64,000 bases of DNA from Geosiphon pyriformis uo1 (GCA_016748015.1 JAAOMT010000134.1:936757-1000756); one strand, 5' to 3'; positions 49,938 through 64,000 are shown, numbered from the stretch's first letter. Notes: generated from the letters alone by a model not told the origin. Numbers and translations are program-made.

Positions 49938-51848
49938 TTAGATCGGGTATCAACAACATTTTCCATACTGGTCACGGCGATAACTTTTGCTTCATCAGAT
50001 CGAACTATCGAATTCAAATATTCCACTTGTAAGCATCTCTCGGCCAATCTCTGAGTGGTCGAAGATACTGGTTTGAAATGCTTGGAATTTGCACCAGTAA
50101 AATCAACCAGGAGGCTATATATCTGATGCTGTTTGTATCGTAGCCTACAAAGCTGGGTATTTTTTAGTAAAGGATGCAGGACCCTGAGATAGGTATGCCG
50201 AATCTGTTTTAACAATACCACACAAATTGTTAAATAAGATATTATCAGAAAAACTAGGCAACCCATTAATAATAAAAAAGATAAAGCTGACCGCTTCGCT
50301 CTCTTCAGGCAAATTATATAGCTCTCTAATAAATACATCGACCAAGACCATCAAATCATTTGTGTAGAAATATTCAAAAGTCTCTGGACTCGTGAAAATT
50401 TGAAAGAGCAGTTTGAGTGTGAGCATCTGTATATGTGGTTCAACTTGAATCGTAAAAAATTGGTTTAAATTTAAGTTAGCAATGGTGAAGAGAACGATGA
50501 AATGACGAAATATCCTCAATTAATTTGATACCGCATCGATTTAACATAAAGATCACATTTTCTCCAAAAGTTTTGCTAGAGCCGATACGAGCCCCAAGAA
50601 CATTTAGCACACTATTAGTAATATAGTTGTCGTCATTTTCAACACCAGTTCCAGATTGGTTTTTGAGTTGAGACTTATTAGCTAACATAAATTGTTCGTT
50701 GAATGATAGCTAGTTTGAAAAGAAACAAAGTGAATTAATATTCTAGATAGTTCCTAATTAGTATGCAATATTATATTAAAAATAAACCCACTAAAAGTTT
50801 GATTATCGAATAATTATATGTCTCATCTTGTTCATCTCTAGTTTTCTCAACCAAATCGAGCAAATAATTAATAAGTGGCTCATCAATCATGCCTGAAGAT
50901 TATTGGAATAAAATTTGAATATTGAATAAGATCAATCGGTTGAATAAAGTTCGTAAGTTTCATGAGATAGCCAAAATTAACTTGACATACATAAATCGCA
51001 TTCTGAGAGCTTTTGTATACAACAAATTTCAAAGAGTAGCTTTATGGAAATTCGCTGTACTTTATTTCCTAATATATAATAAATAGAAATCCCCTGAAAT
51101 TTAATGCATCTAAATATAGGATGAAATAATCGAATCGAATGACGAATACCTTCTAGTTCCCAAATATGCTGGATCAATTTCCCAAATAATTCATGTTTTT
51201 TTCTGCTGATCATCAACTTGAATATTTTGAGGTTTTCTTTACCAGCTAAAAGGAGCATATGGTATGTTACCCATAATTCTGGCAAATCCTCTCGTCTAGC
51301 AGCTCGGTCTATTAAACGTTCCAGTATGGTTTCTGAATATTCTTCGTACATGTGAGAGTCCAGTAGCTTATAACAGCAAGTAGCTAACTCAGATTCTGTT
51401 TCAAAATATTCATCTGCAATGAAAGGAACTTTAGCTAGCCCTGATAAATTATGAACCTAACATTAGATTACAATAATTTGTATTCACCTTGAAATTTAGT
51501 TAGAAACCCTACATAAACGTCCAAAGAAGCCTTTGCAGCTTCCTTATTTAGTTCCCCTCGAACGAGAATATCTTCAAGTTCTGGGAAAGAGAAACACAGG
51601 TTTGAAAAGATGAAGATTGGGTTTTCCACTGGTTAAACGTATGTTTTCGAAAAACAAACATACCGGCCCAAAATTGTTGTGAGTTTTCAAGGTGATAAAT
51701 TATCAGGTCGTCCATATTGTCAAGAAATTATGACGAAGGTAAAAGATATGATGCCAGCAGTTCACCAATATGAGATAATCCACTAATCTAGTTTAGTGGG
51801 CTCTGTATGTGTCAAATTCACGACCTAAATTAGGCCAACATGTGCGTC
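49938..51848. other. Duplicate of 48007-49917 (3'-truncated LDB17 copy, ATG at 51715 on -) after a 20-N gap; probable assembly artefact
   Basis: Constant offset of 1931 nt, no differences seen, both copies abut the gap 49918-49937. Confidence 0.9.
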
Positions 51849-53032
51849 GAAAAAAATTACTTGAATATTTATATTTCCAATATAGAAAAAAATCAATGAC
51901 TTTTAACAGTGCACATATATTTATGTTCAAGTTTAAGGAATGTATGTCATTTTATACTTTTTGCAAAATTAAATTATGTAACCTCAATTTTGTAATTAAT
52001 TTTATTGAATGTAAATCTTTTATTATTTATTTATAGTACATATATATGTTCAATAATAAACATAAATCATGTGCTTTTTACATGTAATTAGTCATTTAAA
52101 CTATCAAGATTATTTTATAATTATGTATTTTTCTATTTAATTTATATTATTACACAAATTAAATAAATTTATTAATAATATTTTTTATTATTAATAAATA
52201 ATAATTATAAACTTATTCATAAACAAAACTTTTAATATTTTAATTAAAATATTTATTATACTTTTATTTATTTATTATAATAAAATTTGAGTTATTAATT
52301 TTTTTTTCAATAATTTAAATTGTAATATTTTTATTTTTATAAAATTATTAACAAAAAACTTATTTAAGTTTAAAATAATATGTTTAAATGTTAAAATTTA
52401 ATAAATTTATATTTAAAACCAAAAAAAGCAGTTTTATAATTTAAAACCATAAAAATTATTAAAAAAATATTATTAAATCAAAAATTATTTAAAAAAAATT
52501 AATATAAAAAGTTATAATATTTTTATTTTTTAAAATAATTAGTAGTATTTTTACTAAAAATATATTTACAATTATAAAAATTGCTTAACAATACTTTGTA
52601 AAAATATTCTATTTAAATAAAATAATAATTAATTAGTTTTTTATTAATTTAAAACGTATTTTTTATTTTTAATTAGAAGTTTTTTCTTTTTTAATTAAAA
52701 AAGTTTATTTAAAATAGTCTTAATATAATATTTATTTTATTAAAAAGTTTTAAAGTATTTGATAAGAAACCAATAATTAAGTTGTTTTTTTTGTTTTGTT
52801 TTTTACTGTTGCTTAAATAATTAAAAAAGTTAAAATGGTTAAAAACCAATTTTTTTTATAAAAAACAAATGTTTTAAAATATTAAAAAAAATAAGTAAAA
52901 ACTTCTTTCTTCTTTATATTCTAAATTCCCCAAAAAGCATTTTTTGAAAAAAAGTTTTTTATTTTATTTTTTTGTCTTTATCTTTCTTGTTTTATTATCT
53001 TCAATATTTCTTAAATAAGTCATTTTTTTGTA

Positions 53033-54901
53033 ATGAACTTAATAACTGCTTCTAATAGCAATATGTTAAAAAAAAAGACATTTAAAGAGACTTTTTATGA
53101 ACTTGTTAGAATTTCTTTTTTTCAGAAGAAAAAAGTTCTTATAAGCAACATAAAACACTTTGATAATAAAAAAAATATTTCTTTGATTAAATTTGGTTTT
53201 AATAAAAATATGTATTCAAACATAGATAGTGAATTTGGTAACAGTAATAATAAAAATGTTTCAGCAGATATTGATGGTAATTTTTTTTGGTTCAATAGCA
53301 ACAAACTTCTAAAACAAAAAAAGTTGTTAATAACTTGAAATATGATTTTTTTTTTAGTAAAATTAATTTTAATATGAATAAAAATAGAGAACCTTTTCTC
53401 TTTTCTCTTAATATATCTCTAAAGAAAAAGTGAATAGATTCAAAAATCGTAAAAACTCAAGTAAAAATGGCAGTAAAAAAATCTTTTACATTGAACATTG
53501 ATCTTTTAGTGATAAAAAAAAATCAGCAACAGCAAAGACTTAACTCATTAAAAAAATTTTTTTATCAATTAATAATTTTAGAAAGATTATTATTTTCTCA
53601 AAATTTAAGAAGATCATTAAATTTATGTTTATATTAAGAACAAAACTGTATTATTGGTTAAGAAAAAAGGAATTAAAGTGAATGAAAATCTTAAAAAACA
53701 AGAAATTAAGTCAAATCAGGTTGTAATAATCAAAGAAATTTTCATAAATATACTAAAAAAAATGATTATTACCACAATAACTGAGTTTGGTAAGATAATG
53801 TTAATTCAATTGCAACTAATTGAATTGTAACAGAAGGCTGTAATGGAATTTGTCAAATCAAATTAGACTGAGCAGTTAACAGTTAAATGATTATTTTTAA
53901 TCAGAAAAAATTCAAAATATGTAACTAAAGCTATAGAAGATTGTAAAACTTAAATATTTAAAGATTGTTTTAAAGTATTATTGTTTACCTTACTTGTAGA
54001 AATAACAGTTTATAATTTGGACACTTTATTAGAGGAGACTGATAAGAAAACTTGTATTATTAATTAGTTATTTGAAACTGATAATAAGGTTTATTGTGTT
54101 GTAGTTAGTTTTAATACAGAAAATAATCTGAAATCTGTTTTTTACATAGAGCCAATTTTTGGTGATGTAAAACTTTTTTGGACCAAATTAGGTTTAGTTT
54201 AGTGTAAAAGGTGTGAATGTTTTGAACATTTAGCCTTAGAATATAATATATTAAATACAGATGTTTTGTTTTTACCAAAGACTTATAAAAAAGTTGTTTC
54301 AAAGAAAAATTGTCTTTAGCTAACTAGATTGTATGCTAAAAAAAGTGTTCTTATTTCCTGTCCTGTTGTCTTTAGTGGCAAATTTTGAACACAAATGGTT
54401 TTATTTGCTGTTTTTTCTAATAATACTTACTCTGATTTTGGTTCTGAATCTTTTTTTTTTGGAATATTATGTGTTAAAGAAAGTCTTGTAATTATTCAAA
54501 ATGATTTATTTATTGGTACTTACTTGGCTTTTTTGGAATATTTCTTAAAGTTGTTGGCTAATCAAGTATTGGATATTGTGCAAAAACTAAGCATTATGAA
54601 TCTAGTACCCCAAATGTCTATTTTTTAATCTCTTTTTCCAACTGTATTTGTTTTTTTAAATTCAAAATTGGATTTAAATATAGTTTTAGATAACCCATCT
54701 ATATTATTTATCCCTTCTTTTTCAGTGACAAATAATATGGTTTCAGATTTGGATTTAAGTCAATCAAAAATTCTAACCACCAAAATAAAAGAAATAGAAT
54801 TTAAAATAGTGGCTCTTAAAGTTTCTGTTAGTTTAGTCTTGGCAAAATTGGATTAATTGTATACTAGCTTAAATTTTTTGGTATTTTCTTTATCTCAATG
54901 A
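53033..54901 (+). pseudogene. LINE ORF1 (RRM-like region, CCHC knuckle)
   Basis: VIIKEI...EFGKI...QKAVMEF; CKRCECFEHLALE at ~54200; ends LSQ*. Confidence 0.75.
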
Positions 54902-57900
54902 ATGATTTGGTCTGAAAAATTGCTATATATAATGTTCAAGATATTAATGTTTCTGTTAAGCAAAAAAATAGTGTTTTTTAACATATGAAATCAGGGAATA
55001 TGGTTTTAATTATCACAAAAACAAAGTTAAAATCTAGTATTAAGTCATAAATCATGAATAAGTTTAATAGTGTAAGAATTTTTACATTTAGTCTAAACAA
55101 AAGTTTTCTTGATACTAAAGTGGCTATTATTATAGACAGTTTTCTGGCTTGTCATGTTTCAAAAATAAAAAAAGTTTTTGATCAGATTATTTTAGTGTAT
55201 TTTTTGTTTAAAAGCAAATTATCAATTATAATTTTGGGTTTGTATGCTGATGCTTTTGCTAAAATTAAGTTTGGCCAAACTTTGAAAATCAATTTTTTTA
55301 TTGCTAAAGCAGCTAATTCTAATACTTTTGTGGTTTTGGATGGGGATTTCAATAAAAATAATTTGAAAAAGAGTGTAAGTTTCAAGTTTTGTGTGAATTT
55401 GGGTTTGATCAACTTATTTAATGGATATCTATTGAACAAAACTCATACTTAAAGCAATTCTAAGAGTATTATAAAGATTATAGATTTCATATTTGTAAAT
55501 TAAAATTTGGTATTTGTGGTTACTAATCATAAAATTAACACTGTATCTGAGTTTTTTAATACCAATCACAAAAAAGTTTTTATTGCAGTTGGTTTAAATG
55601 GTTTCTTGAATGCTTAATAGTGATTATAAGCAGACTAATAATGATAAGTAAAAGTTCAGAATTAAAAATGTTGATATTAATAAGTAATTATAGTTTAAGG
55701 AGTATTTGTTAAACAAATTTTCAAAAAAAAAGGCTAGATTTAATAGTACAAGAGGTTGTAATAACTTGAATACTATGTAGAAAATTTTAAAAGAAATAGT
55801 AATTAGCTTTGCTGATAAAATGTTTTTTAAATTTTGGTTTAATAAGTTTAAATGTTTAAAAAATAAGTAATTATTGAAGTTTTTCAAACTAGAATTGTTA
55901 ATAACCAAAATCATAAAGAGTTTAGATTTAAAAACTAATTGTTTTTTTAATATCTGGTTTATTATTAATAATAAAAAAGTTTTTAGAACATATATTATGA
56001 TTAATAATAGTAAAAGTTTGAAAAAAATTCTATGTTATTTGTTAAAAATTTAAGTATTATAAATTCAGAACTGTCAAAGATAATTTCATCAAGAAAATTA
56101 TAGATAAAAATATAGAAAACTTCTGTTTTAATAAGAAAAAGATGATTAAAAGTGTTTTGGATCAATTATTTCAAAAAATAGTACTTAACTATTTAGTAGT
56201 TGATAATAAATTGATTCTGAAGCTATATAAAGTTAAGTTTATAGTCAATAAAATTATAGAAAAATAGACAAAAGAGTATGTAATGTCCAGTGCTTAATTT
56301 AATTATTGGTTTAATTAATATGCTCTTCTAAATTATGTTAATAATAATGCTTTTATAAAAGTAATAAGTAATATTAAATTTAATAAGTTTTTTCAAATTG
56401 TTAAAAATCTGCCTAATAGAAAAGCTGCTGGTTTCTCTAATATCTCTAATAAGCTCTGGAAACATAATAATAACCAGATATTAGTTGGTTTATTGGATAT
56501 TTTCAATGTGTATTTAGTGTTAGGTGTAGTTTTTATACAGTAAAAACAAGTCTGGATTTCTATAATACCAAAACCATATAACTAGAAAGAAATTTTTATT
56601 AATATCAGACCAATAATTTTAATTAAAACAGTCTGAAAAGTCTTATCTAAGATTTTTTCAAATAAAATCTCTTTAGTTTGTAATAGATTTGATGTCTTAT
56701 ATAAGAATAACTTTTTAGTTCTTAAAGGCATATCTATTTAGACTTCAATTTTTGCTATTGGTTCAATAATTAAGAACACACTAAAAAAAACAAAAAGCTG
56801 TGATTGGTTTTTTAAGATATGTAAAAAACATATGACTTTGTTGGCTGGTTTTATTTGCAAAACAGTTTAACTAAGATCAAGATATGCTCCTATTTTATTA
56901 AGTTTTTTGGAAGTATACATAATAATCAAGTCAATTGAGTAATAACAAATTTTAGACTTATGAATAGATATACTGTTCATAATAGTTTGGATTAGAAAAA
57001 AGTTTTTTTACTGCTGTTGTAGAAAATTTTTTATGATTTTTTGCTCTGTAAAATCAAAAGACATAAAGATTTATATAATTACAAATTAAATTCAAAGTTT
57101 TTTATAAAAACTGACAAACAGAATCCTAAAAGTAACAAAATATTTTTTCTGACAACTGAAACATTTGTGAAATATTATTTGAATTGGAAATAGCATATCT
57201 GTTACTTAATGTATTTTGAATATAGCTAGTAAATTTTTTTAAATCAATAATATTTTAATTAACATAGAAAAAATGATTGCCATACTCATTAATTAGAAAG
57301 TAAAAGTTTCTCAGTTGTTGATTAGTAAGTCAAACATTTTAATAGCAAAAAAAGATGAATTTCACAAATACTTAAACATTTTTTTGCTCACAAATAGTTT
57401 TTCTAAATCAAGTTTCATCAAAGCTTACTTAGATATTAAGTTTTTTACAAACATAGTTTTAAAAAAGACTGTTTTAAACAAGCAATTCTTATATCTGGTC
57501 TTTGCAGTTTTTTAGCTCATTATTAGTTATAAAATGCAATTAAGTTATGTTTTACCAAGTGTGTGCAAAAAATAGGACAAAATATTAAGAAGAAAGTTAA
57601 AGTTTAAGACCAATCTATTCTAAAACTTTCCCAATAAAACTATTTTCCATTTTAAATTGTATGGTTTCAAGTTATTTGGGCAAATACAAACTGAAAATTT
57701 GTTCACTAATTTGGTTAACTTTATCAATTTAAAAAGTGTTTTTAGCAAGTTGTTTGAATACAGAACTATAAATCTACAAGTTGTTAATTAGATGCTCTAA
57801 CAATTTTTTAGTTTTCTAATTATACTGTTAATCAATCTCACAAATTATTTTCTGATTGGTGTAATTAATATGCTAATATTATGTGATTTGTATTTGGTTA

Positions 57901-59537
57901 ATAATATATTTAATGTTTTTTAGACTGGTTATAATGTTGCTATTGTGAATGTTTTGGATATAGAATATTATTTGGGCATAGTAGACTTATTGAAAAAGTT
58001 TGATATTGTTTTTATGAACCAACTTCTGGATTGTTGTAATATGTATTTTATGTAAAATATGTTTTGCAAATAAAAGAAATTGAATTCTAAGAGTCTTATT
58101 TTTGATTGGTTTAATTTATTGATTTTATTTATTAAGAATAACAGTTTAATTAGTAGTGGTTCTTTGATTTAACATCTCATTCTTAGTAATTGTTTATGTA
58201 ATTTTGGCTTTGTTAATAAGTATTTTGTAAAAAATGAGTTTAATACTATAGTTGTTTATACAAATGAATTGGTCAAAAGTTTAAAATCTGTAAATACTTA
58301 TGATAATACTACTGTTTACTTTTTGAATATTGATTTAAGTATTGGAGTTAGGATCTATGGCTTGTTTTCTTCAACTTTAGTGAAACTATAGACCATTGTT
58401 CTTGTTTTGAATTATATTTCTATGTTTAGCTTAGTAATACTGTTTACAAATAATCAGGTATTATTAGATATATGTTTTTTAATAAATAAGTTTGTTAATT
58501 CTAATTTTTGTAATAAATACTAAGTTGAAAAAAAACATATTTATTTGACTATTGTATCTAAAAATTTGTTAGTTAATTGGAACAAAGTTAAAAGTTATTC
58601 TGAATTGTTGACAATAAGCATGCTAACTTTTTTGCTAATACTGTCATCATGTTTAAATTTGTGTTGCCTACTGGAGTGCTGTATTATTTTCTTGCTATTA
58701 AGAATAAACCTGTCTCTGAAAATATCTGTTATTTCATAAAACATTTTTTTGAAGCTGTTAATTTTGTTGATTGGAAATCTAAATACACAAATAATACTGT
58801 AAATATAAATTTTTGCAAATTGTTTAATATGTGTTAGACTTTTAGTATTTAGTATTTTAATAATAAAATTCATTCTGGCTTTACTAGTTCCATTTTTATA
58901 GTGTTTTGATTTTATTTTATAAAAGTTTTATATTATTAATTATCTATGACCAAAAAAAAATTATATAAGTTAAGCTATTCTAATATATTATGTATTTAAT
59001 ATGATATAATTAAAGATTTTAATCATATATTTTGTATATTTAAGACATTTGCACTAAGAAAGATTTAATTTCAATCACCATTAGGACTTAAATTGATTTA
59101 TTAAATATCTATATTATTAACTTTATAGTGGTTTAATCTTTGTATAAAGTGAAGTTTTTTGGTTGTTTATATATGATATTAATTAAAAATTTTGTGATAA
59201 AAAAGTAAGTGACTAACACAGTGAGTTTATTAAATGCTGGGTCTAATAAAAGTTTGTTGGTTATCAATTTGGTCTGAAGTTTTGTTGAAGGTCATAAATC
59301 TGCTATATAATTATCAATCACCAAATTAAGAGCACATTATGAAAAATATGATCTTTTGTCACATAATGATTCAGTAGTTCTAGTCATTTCTGGTTTGGTT
59401 TTATTATAATTTTCTAAGATAATTTGTAATTTTAGCATCAGATTGGATATTTATATTTGTTTTGGTTTGTATTCTTGTCTGATCAGTATACATTTTAGTT
59501 TTTTGTAAGATTTCCCTATGGTAAATAGTTTAGATGT
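54898..59537 (+). pseudogene. LINE ORF2 (APE endonuclease-RT-RNase H-CCHC)
   Basis: MNDLV*KIAIYNVQ; LDGDFNK; IIDFIF; IPKPYN; RPI; RNase H remnants VYTNELVK, SSTLVKL, WNKVKSYS. Confidence 0.82.
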
Positions 59538-60508
59538 TGTTATTGGAGATTTTTGGTCTCTTTTTTTGAATGTTATTCATGTCTGTTTGTTGTAAATTAC
59601 CATTTTCTGGAAGTAGTTGAATCTTTAATAACTGAATTTATCTTCAAATTATCTTTTATAATTTGAACTACTGGGCTTATAAATAGAATGGCCAATTTTA
59701 TGCCAGTTACTTTATGTAATTACATTGTAGTAATGTCAACTCTTTTCGAAGAATTGCTTATCTGGAAGCTCACTAAAAATGTGTAGTTACTTTGCTGTGA
59801 AAGTTAACTTTTCTACAAAAATCTTATCTGTAGGCTACCCTAATAATTATAATAAGAAAAAAAAAGAAAAAATAAAGAAATGTAAAAAAAATAGAGTTTT
59901 AACAAGGGAAACGTTTTCTATTCAGACCTGAAATGACTAACAAATTACTGAAATTAATAGCTAATCAATTTCAAAATGTTAATTGTATTAAGAGAATTTC
60001 AAGTGTAATAATTTAAAGAATTTGGTTTTTGAATATTTAATTTTTATTTAAGATGTGTAAAAGTAATTTGTTCTAATTAAGATATCTAAAATAAAATACT
60101 ATGATAAGATATTATAAGAAGATATATTTTCTTGAAGAGAGAAGCTTTTTTTTTATACAACTTGTTGTAATACTAGTTTTTGAACTTGCACTTTTCTCTT
60201 TGCTCTAATTTTGGTGAACTAAAGATACATTTTGGTGAACTACAAGTTATTTCTACAAACTATTGATTATTTCGGCCAATTTTCATCAATTTCGGCGAAT
60301 TTTGACTATATTAAATAGTTCAAAGTATTGTGTAATTTGATCATCTTAATTTCTATGATACAAATTGGTTTATTAATTGAGTAATGATATTTGATAATTT
60401 GATTAAATAATAAGTAATAATCGAAATGATAATAATATATACTAATTAATAATAAGAATTATAAGGATAATTTCATGCTATTTAATAGCTAAAATTCTAT
60501 TGATAACA
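59538..60508 (-). repeat. Solo LTR, family A (older subfamily), at the LINE 3' end
   Basis: TGTTATTG...TGATAACA; colinear with A LTRs; flanks ATGT/GTAT fit a deaminated GTGT TSD. Confidence 0.9.
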
Positions 60509-62972
60509 GTATATAGTGCTATTTTGATTAGTCTGAGTGGCTGGTTATATATAAAAAAAACATGAGTTATACTTAATGTAAAATCTTATTTGATTATATA
60601 ATTTTAAATAGTGGTTAAGCTGTACTTATTAAAATATTAATAATAATAAAAATAGTTTAGCAAAAATATATATTATAAGTATAAAATTAACTTATTAAAG
60701 TTTAATAATTTATTAAAAAAGTAAAAACCATTAAAATAAATCTGTTAAAAAAATAAAAAAAATAAACAAAAACTTATTAAATTATTATTATTCAATTTTT
60801 GTTTTTATATAAAAAATTTAATCAAAAATTTTTATATATAATATTTATATAATAATACCAAATTATGAAAATTTATTTAAAAAAAATATTTAAATAATAT
60901 TTAAAAATTAGAGATTTAATTCTAAAATCCTTAATAAATTTAATTAACAATTTTGTAAGAAATTTTAAACTTAGTTTAAAAAAAAGTTTTATTATTATTT
61001 ATTAAAGTTTTTATTTATTAATGTTTTAAAATTATAATAAATTTATAATTGAAATTTTATTTAGCAAACTTTATATATTTGTTAAATTACTTAAAAACTT
61101 AATTGCTTTAAAAAATTTAAATATATCTAACATAAAATTTAAAATATAGTTATTAAATTTGGTTTAATTTTTGTTATTAATTTGTTAATTTTGTATTTTT
61201 AATATTTTTGTTAATCTGTTTATGTTTTTTATTTATATAAAATCTAATAAATTATTTAATTTAATATTTACTAAAAATTATTTAATAATTTATATTAAAA
61301 AAAATCTTAATTTTATAATTAAATTTATTAAATATTATATTTAAAAATTTTTTACCAATAAAAATATAATTAATTATTTTAAAAATGTTTTAAATATATT
61401 GTATATATCTAACTTAAAATTTTTTCAAATTTAATATTATTTTTATTATTTTTATTAAAATTATTTTCTATTATTACAAAAGTATTTTTATTTTTATAAA
61501 ATATTAATTAATAATAATAATTGTATTGTTTTTTTTGTTAAATATTTTAACATTTTAATTATTAAAATTAATAAATTGTTTTTAATAATAACTTAATTAT
61601 TAATAATTTATTTATAATATCTATAATTTTATAATATTTTTATTAATTATTATTATAATATTAAAGCTTAAAAATTCAAAGTTTTTTTCAAAAACAAAAA
61701 TTTTAATATTTTTAAATTTATTTATAATTTAAAATTTAACTTATTTAACTTAATTTTTATTATTAAAATAATATTACTATTTTTTTATTTTATAGAATTG
61801 TTTATATTTTTAATATTATATATAATAAAATTTTAAACCAAATTGTTTATAAAAAAATAAAATTTAACTAATTTACTTAAACACTTAAAAAAATATTTAC
61901 TTTTGTAAAATTCAGAATTACAACCAAAAACTTGACAAATTTTATTTTAAACTAATTAAATTTATATTATACTTAATATTTATTACAATATCAACTTAAC
62001 ATTTTTTTTAAATAAATATTAAATTAAGATTTAACTTAAAAAATAATAAAATACTGCTAATTATAACATATTAAATAGAATTATTTTTATAAAAAAAATT
62101 TATAAAAAACATCAAAAAATTAACTTAATTTATTAATAATTTAAAATATTACTTAATTTTAAGTTTAAATTATTAAAAGTTAAAAAAACCAAATTTAATA
62201 AAAAAATATTAAAATTAATAAAACATTTTTTTATTTTAATATTTATTATATAAGCTTAAATTTTGTTATTAAATACAATAAAATAACCAATTAAAACATA
62301 AATATAAACAAAAAAATTAAATTAAAAAAATAAACTTTTTAATAAAATTATATTTTAAAACAATATAATTAAAATAATTACAAATTATAAATTTAAATAA
62401 GTTGAATTTTGTTTATATTAAAACAAATATTAAAATTAAAGCTTTTATCTAAAATGGTTTTTAACTTAAAACAAACTATAATATATTAATTTTTTATATA
62501 TATAAAAAGATATTTATTAATAATACAAATTTTTTATTTATAAAAACTAAATATTTTTAAAGTATATAATACATATTTTTTTAATCAAAATTTTTTTATT
62601 TATATTAGTTTTTATAATATATACAGTTTTTTTTAATTAAAATAATAAAAAAAACTGTTTTATATTTATTATATTATTTATTTTACCAAAGTTAAATTTT
62701 TTAAAAAAAGTTATTAATATGTTTTTAATACAATTGGTTTTAAACATTAAAATATTTAAAATATTTAAAAATTTAATATTACTTTTAGTTTTAATGCTAA
62801 AATTATTATTATTATTTTTGGATTAATTTTAACTATTTTATTCCTATTTACAATACTGTATTTATTATCTAAAATTGTAAACTTTTTTAAAAAAGCATTG
62901 TTATTATTGTTAAAACTAAGAATTTTAATTTATTATAATAATAATAAAATTTTTAAAGTTGCAATTTTTTAA

Positions 62973-63253
62973 GAGAATTGCTAAATCGACCCACCCGCAA
63001 CACGTGATATTAATATATATAGAATTTTAATATTTATTTATTAGTAATTCTAATAAATATTAGTTTAATTAAAATAAAAAATAATATAGATTATATATTT
63101 TAATTTTTTATTATGCCTTAAGTAATTTATAGTGTTTTATAATTAAAAAACACTTTGTTGTGGACAACCATAATATTCGTTATATATAGTTGAATACGAA
63201 ACTATGACGTAAATGATATCACGTGTTGCGAGTGGGTCGATTTAGCAATTTCC
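62973..63253. mobile_element. MITE-like element with ~38-bp terminal inverted repeats
   Basis: AATTGCTAAATCGACCCACCCGCAACACGTGATAT at 62976-63010 and its reverse complement (1 mismatch) at 63216-63250; flanks TTTTTTAA / TTTTTCAA. Confidence 0.8.
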
Positions 63254-63305
63254 TTTTTCAATAGTATTTATTTTTATTTTTATTTTTCTAAAAGTTTGCT
63301 CCATT

Positions 63306-64000
63306 ATGACAGAAACAATTAAAGGTGATCCATTCTTTAAATTTTCTTTCAAATTTTATGTTTTTTAATAGCTTTTTGTTTTGCAGAACTTCACTTGAGA
63401 CGATTTTATATTGGTGGTTTGTCTAAAGATGTCACTGAGAAAGACCTTTATGAAAGATTTACTTCTTTTGGCGAGGTCGCTCGAGTAGACATTGTTCGAC
63501 ATCCAGACACAGGTAAACCTCAAGAAATCAAACAATTAGTGGATAAATTACATTCATTTGGAATTGAGTGATATTATTTCAGCAAGAAATTGTTTATTAT
63601 CATTTCTATTGATTATACATCAGGAGAATGTCGTGGTTTCGCCTATATTAGCGTTAATACAACTGATAGTGGCTGGCAAAGATGTAGGTTATTTTTTTTA
63701 TTCACTTTCTTGATGAGCCAAAGATTGTATTCTTGATTAGATTTTATTATCATTCTTATGTAAAATTGGACGCAACCCAAAATTTTTTAATAAAAATCAA
63801 TCGTACATACAAAAAATCAGGCATCAAAATATTTAATGGGGCAAAATGGAAGGGAATGACATTAAAAATCCAGGATGCAAAGCCTGATTACAGACAAAGG
63901 TCTGTTTCCCATATGGCTTACCTCTGAAATCTTATTTATATCTTAATACTTTCACTTTTGTTCAAATGAAAGATTAAAAGATGAGTGGGAACTTCAAAAG
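63306..64000 (+). CDS. NOL8: Nucleolar RRM protein NOL8/Nop8, 5' part, multi-exon, runs off window
   Basis: RFYIGGL...DLYERFTSFGEV; RGFAYISV; CIKIFNGAKWKGMTLKIQDAKPDYRQRLKDE; GT-AG introns. Confidence 0.85.

Larger units (their letters stand above)
53033..59537 (+). mobile_element. Decayed near-full-length LINE-2 copy with RNase H
   Basis: ORF1 53033-54901 and ORF2 from 54898; colinear with the fragmented LINE at 4285-42671. Confidence 0.88.

Noticed and set aside
48007-51848. Tandem duplication of LDB17
   Set aside because: The copies appear identical including introns, both abut a 20-N gap, and the second lacks the 3' end; typical unmerged contig overlap. Doubled read depth would be needed to accept it.

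Overview
Eukaryotic, intron-rich, AT-rich fungal DNA; gene style and repeat content suggest Glomeromycota/Mucoromycota, possibly Geosiphon-like (inference). Bases 1-42.7 kb are one nest of decayed transposons. An old + strand LINE (ORF1; ORF2 APE-RT-RNaseH-CCHC) carries Ty3/Gypsy LTR elements of four related families (here A-D; consensus termini TGTTA..TAACA, 4-bp TSDs): a deleted element C (1-4284), element B1 (5031-25821, holding a solo LTR and element A1 at 14761-24631), two solo D LTRs, and element A2 (28679-38306). A host gene island follows: RPT1 (+), a 4-exon MRP17/bS6m gene missed by the ORF track (-), and LDB17/SPIN90 (-), duplicated across a gap as an assembly artefact. Then come a second decayed LINE, a solo A LTR, a MITE and the start of NOL8/NOP8. 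The main observation is that the Gypsy families share an unusual three-ORF layout. ORF1 is one Gag-PR-Cys-rich-dUTPase-RT-RNaseH frame that seems to start at GUG and opens with a ~730-nt region lacking any ATG. Integrase is a separate ORF with its own ATG. A third orphan ORF follows a conserved internal TATA-like motif, and each family has its own palindromic repeat array in U3. All repeats are heavily C>T/G>A mutated.
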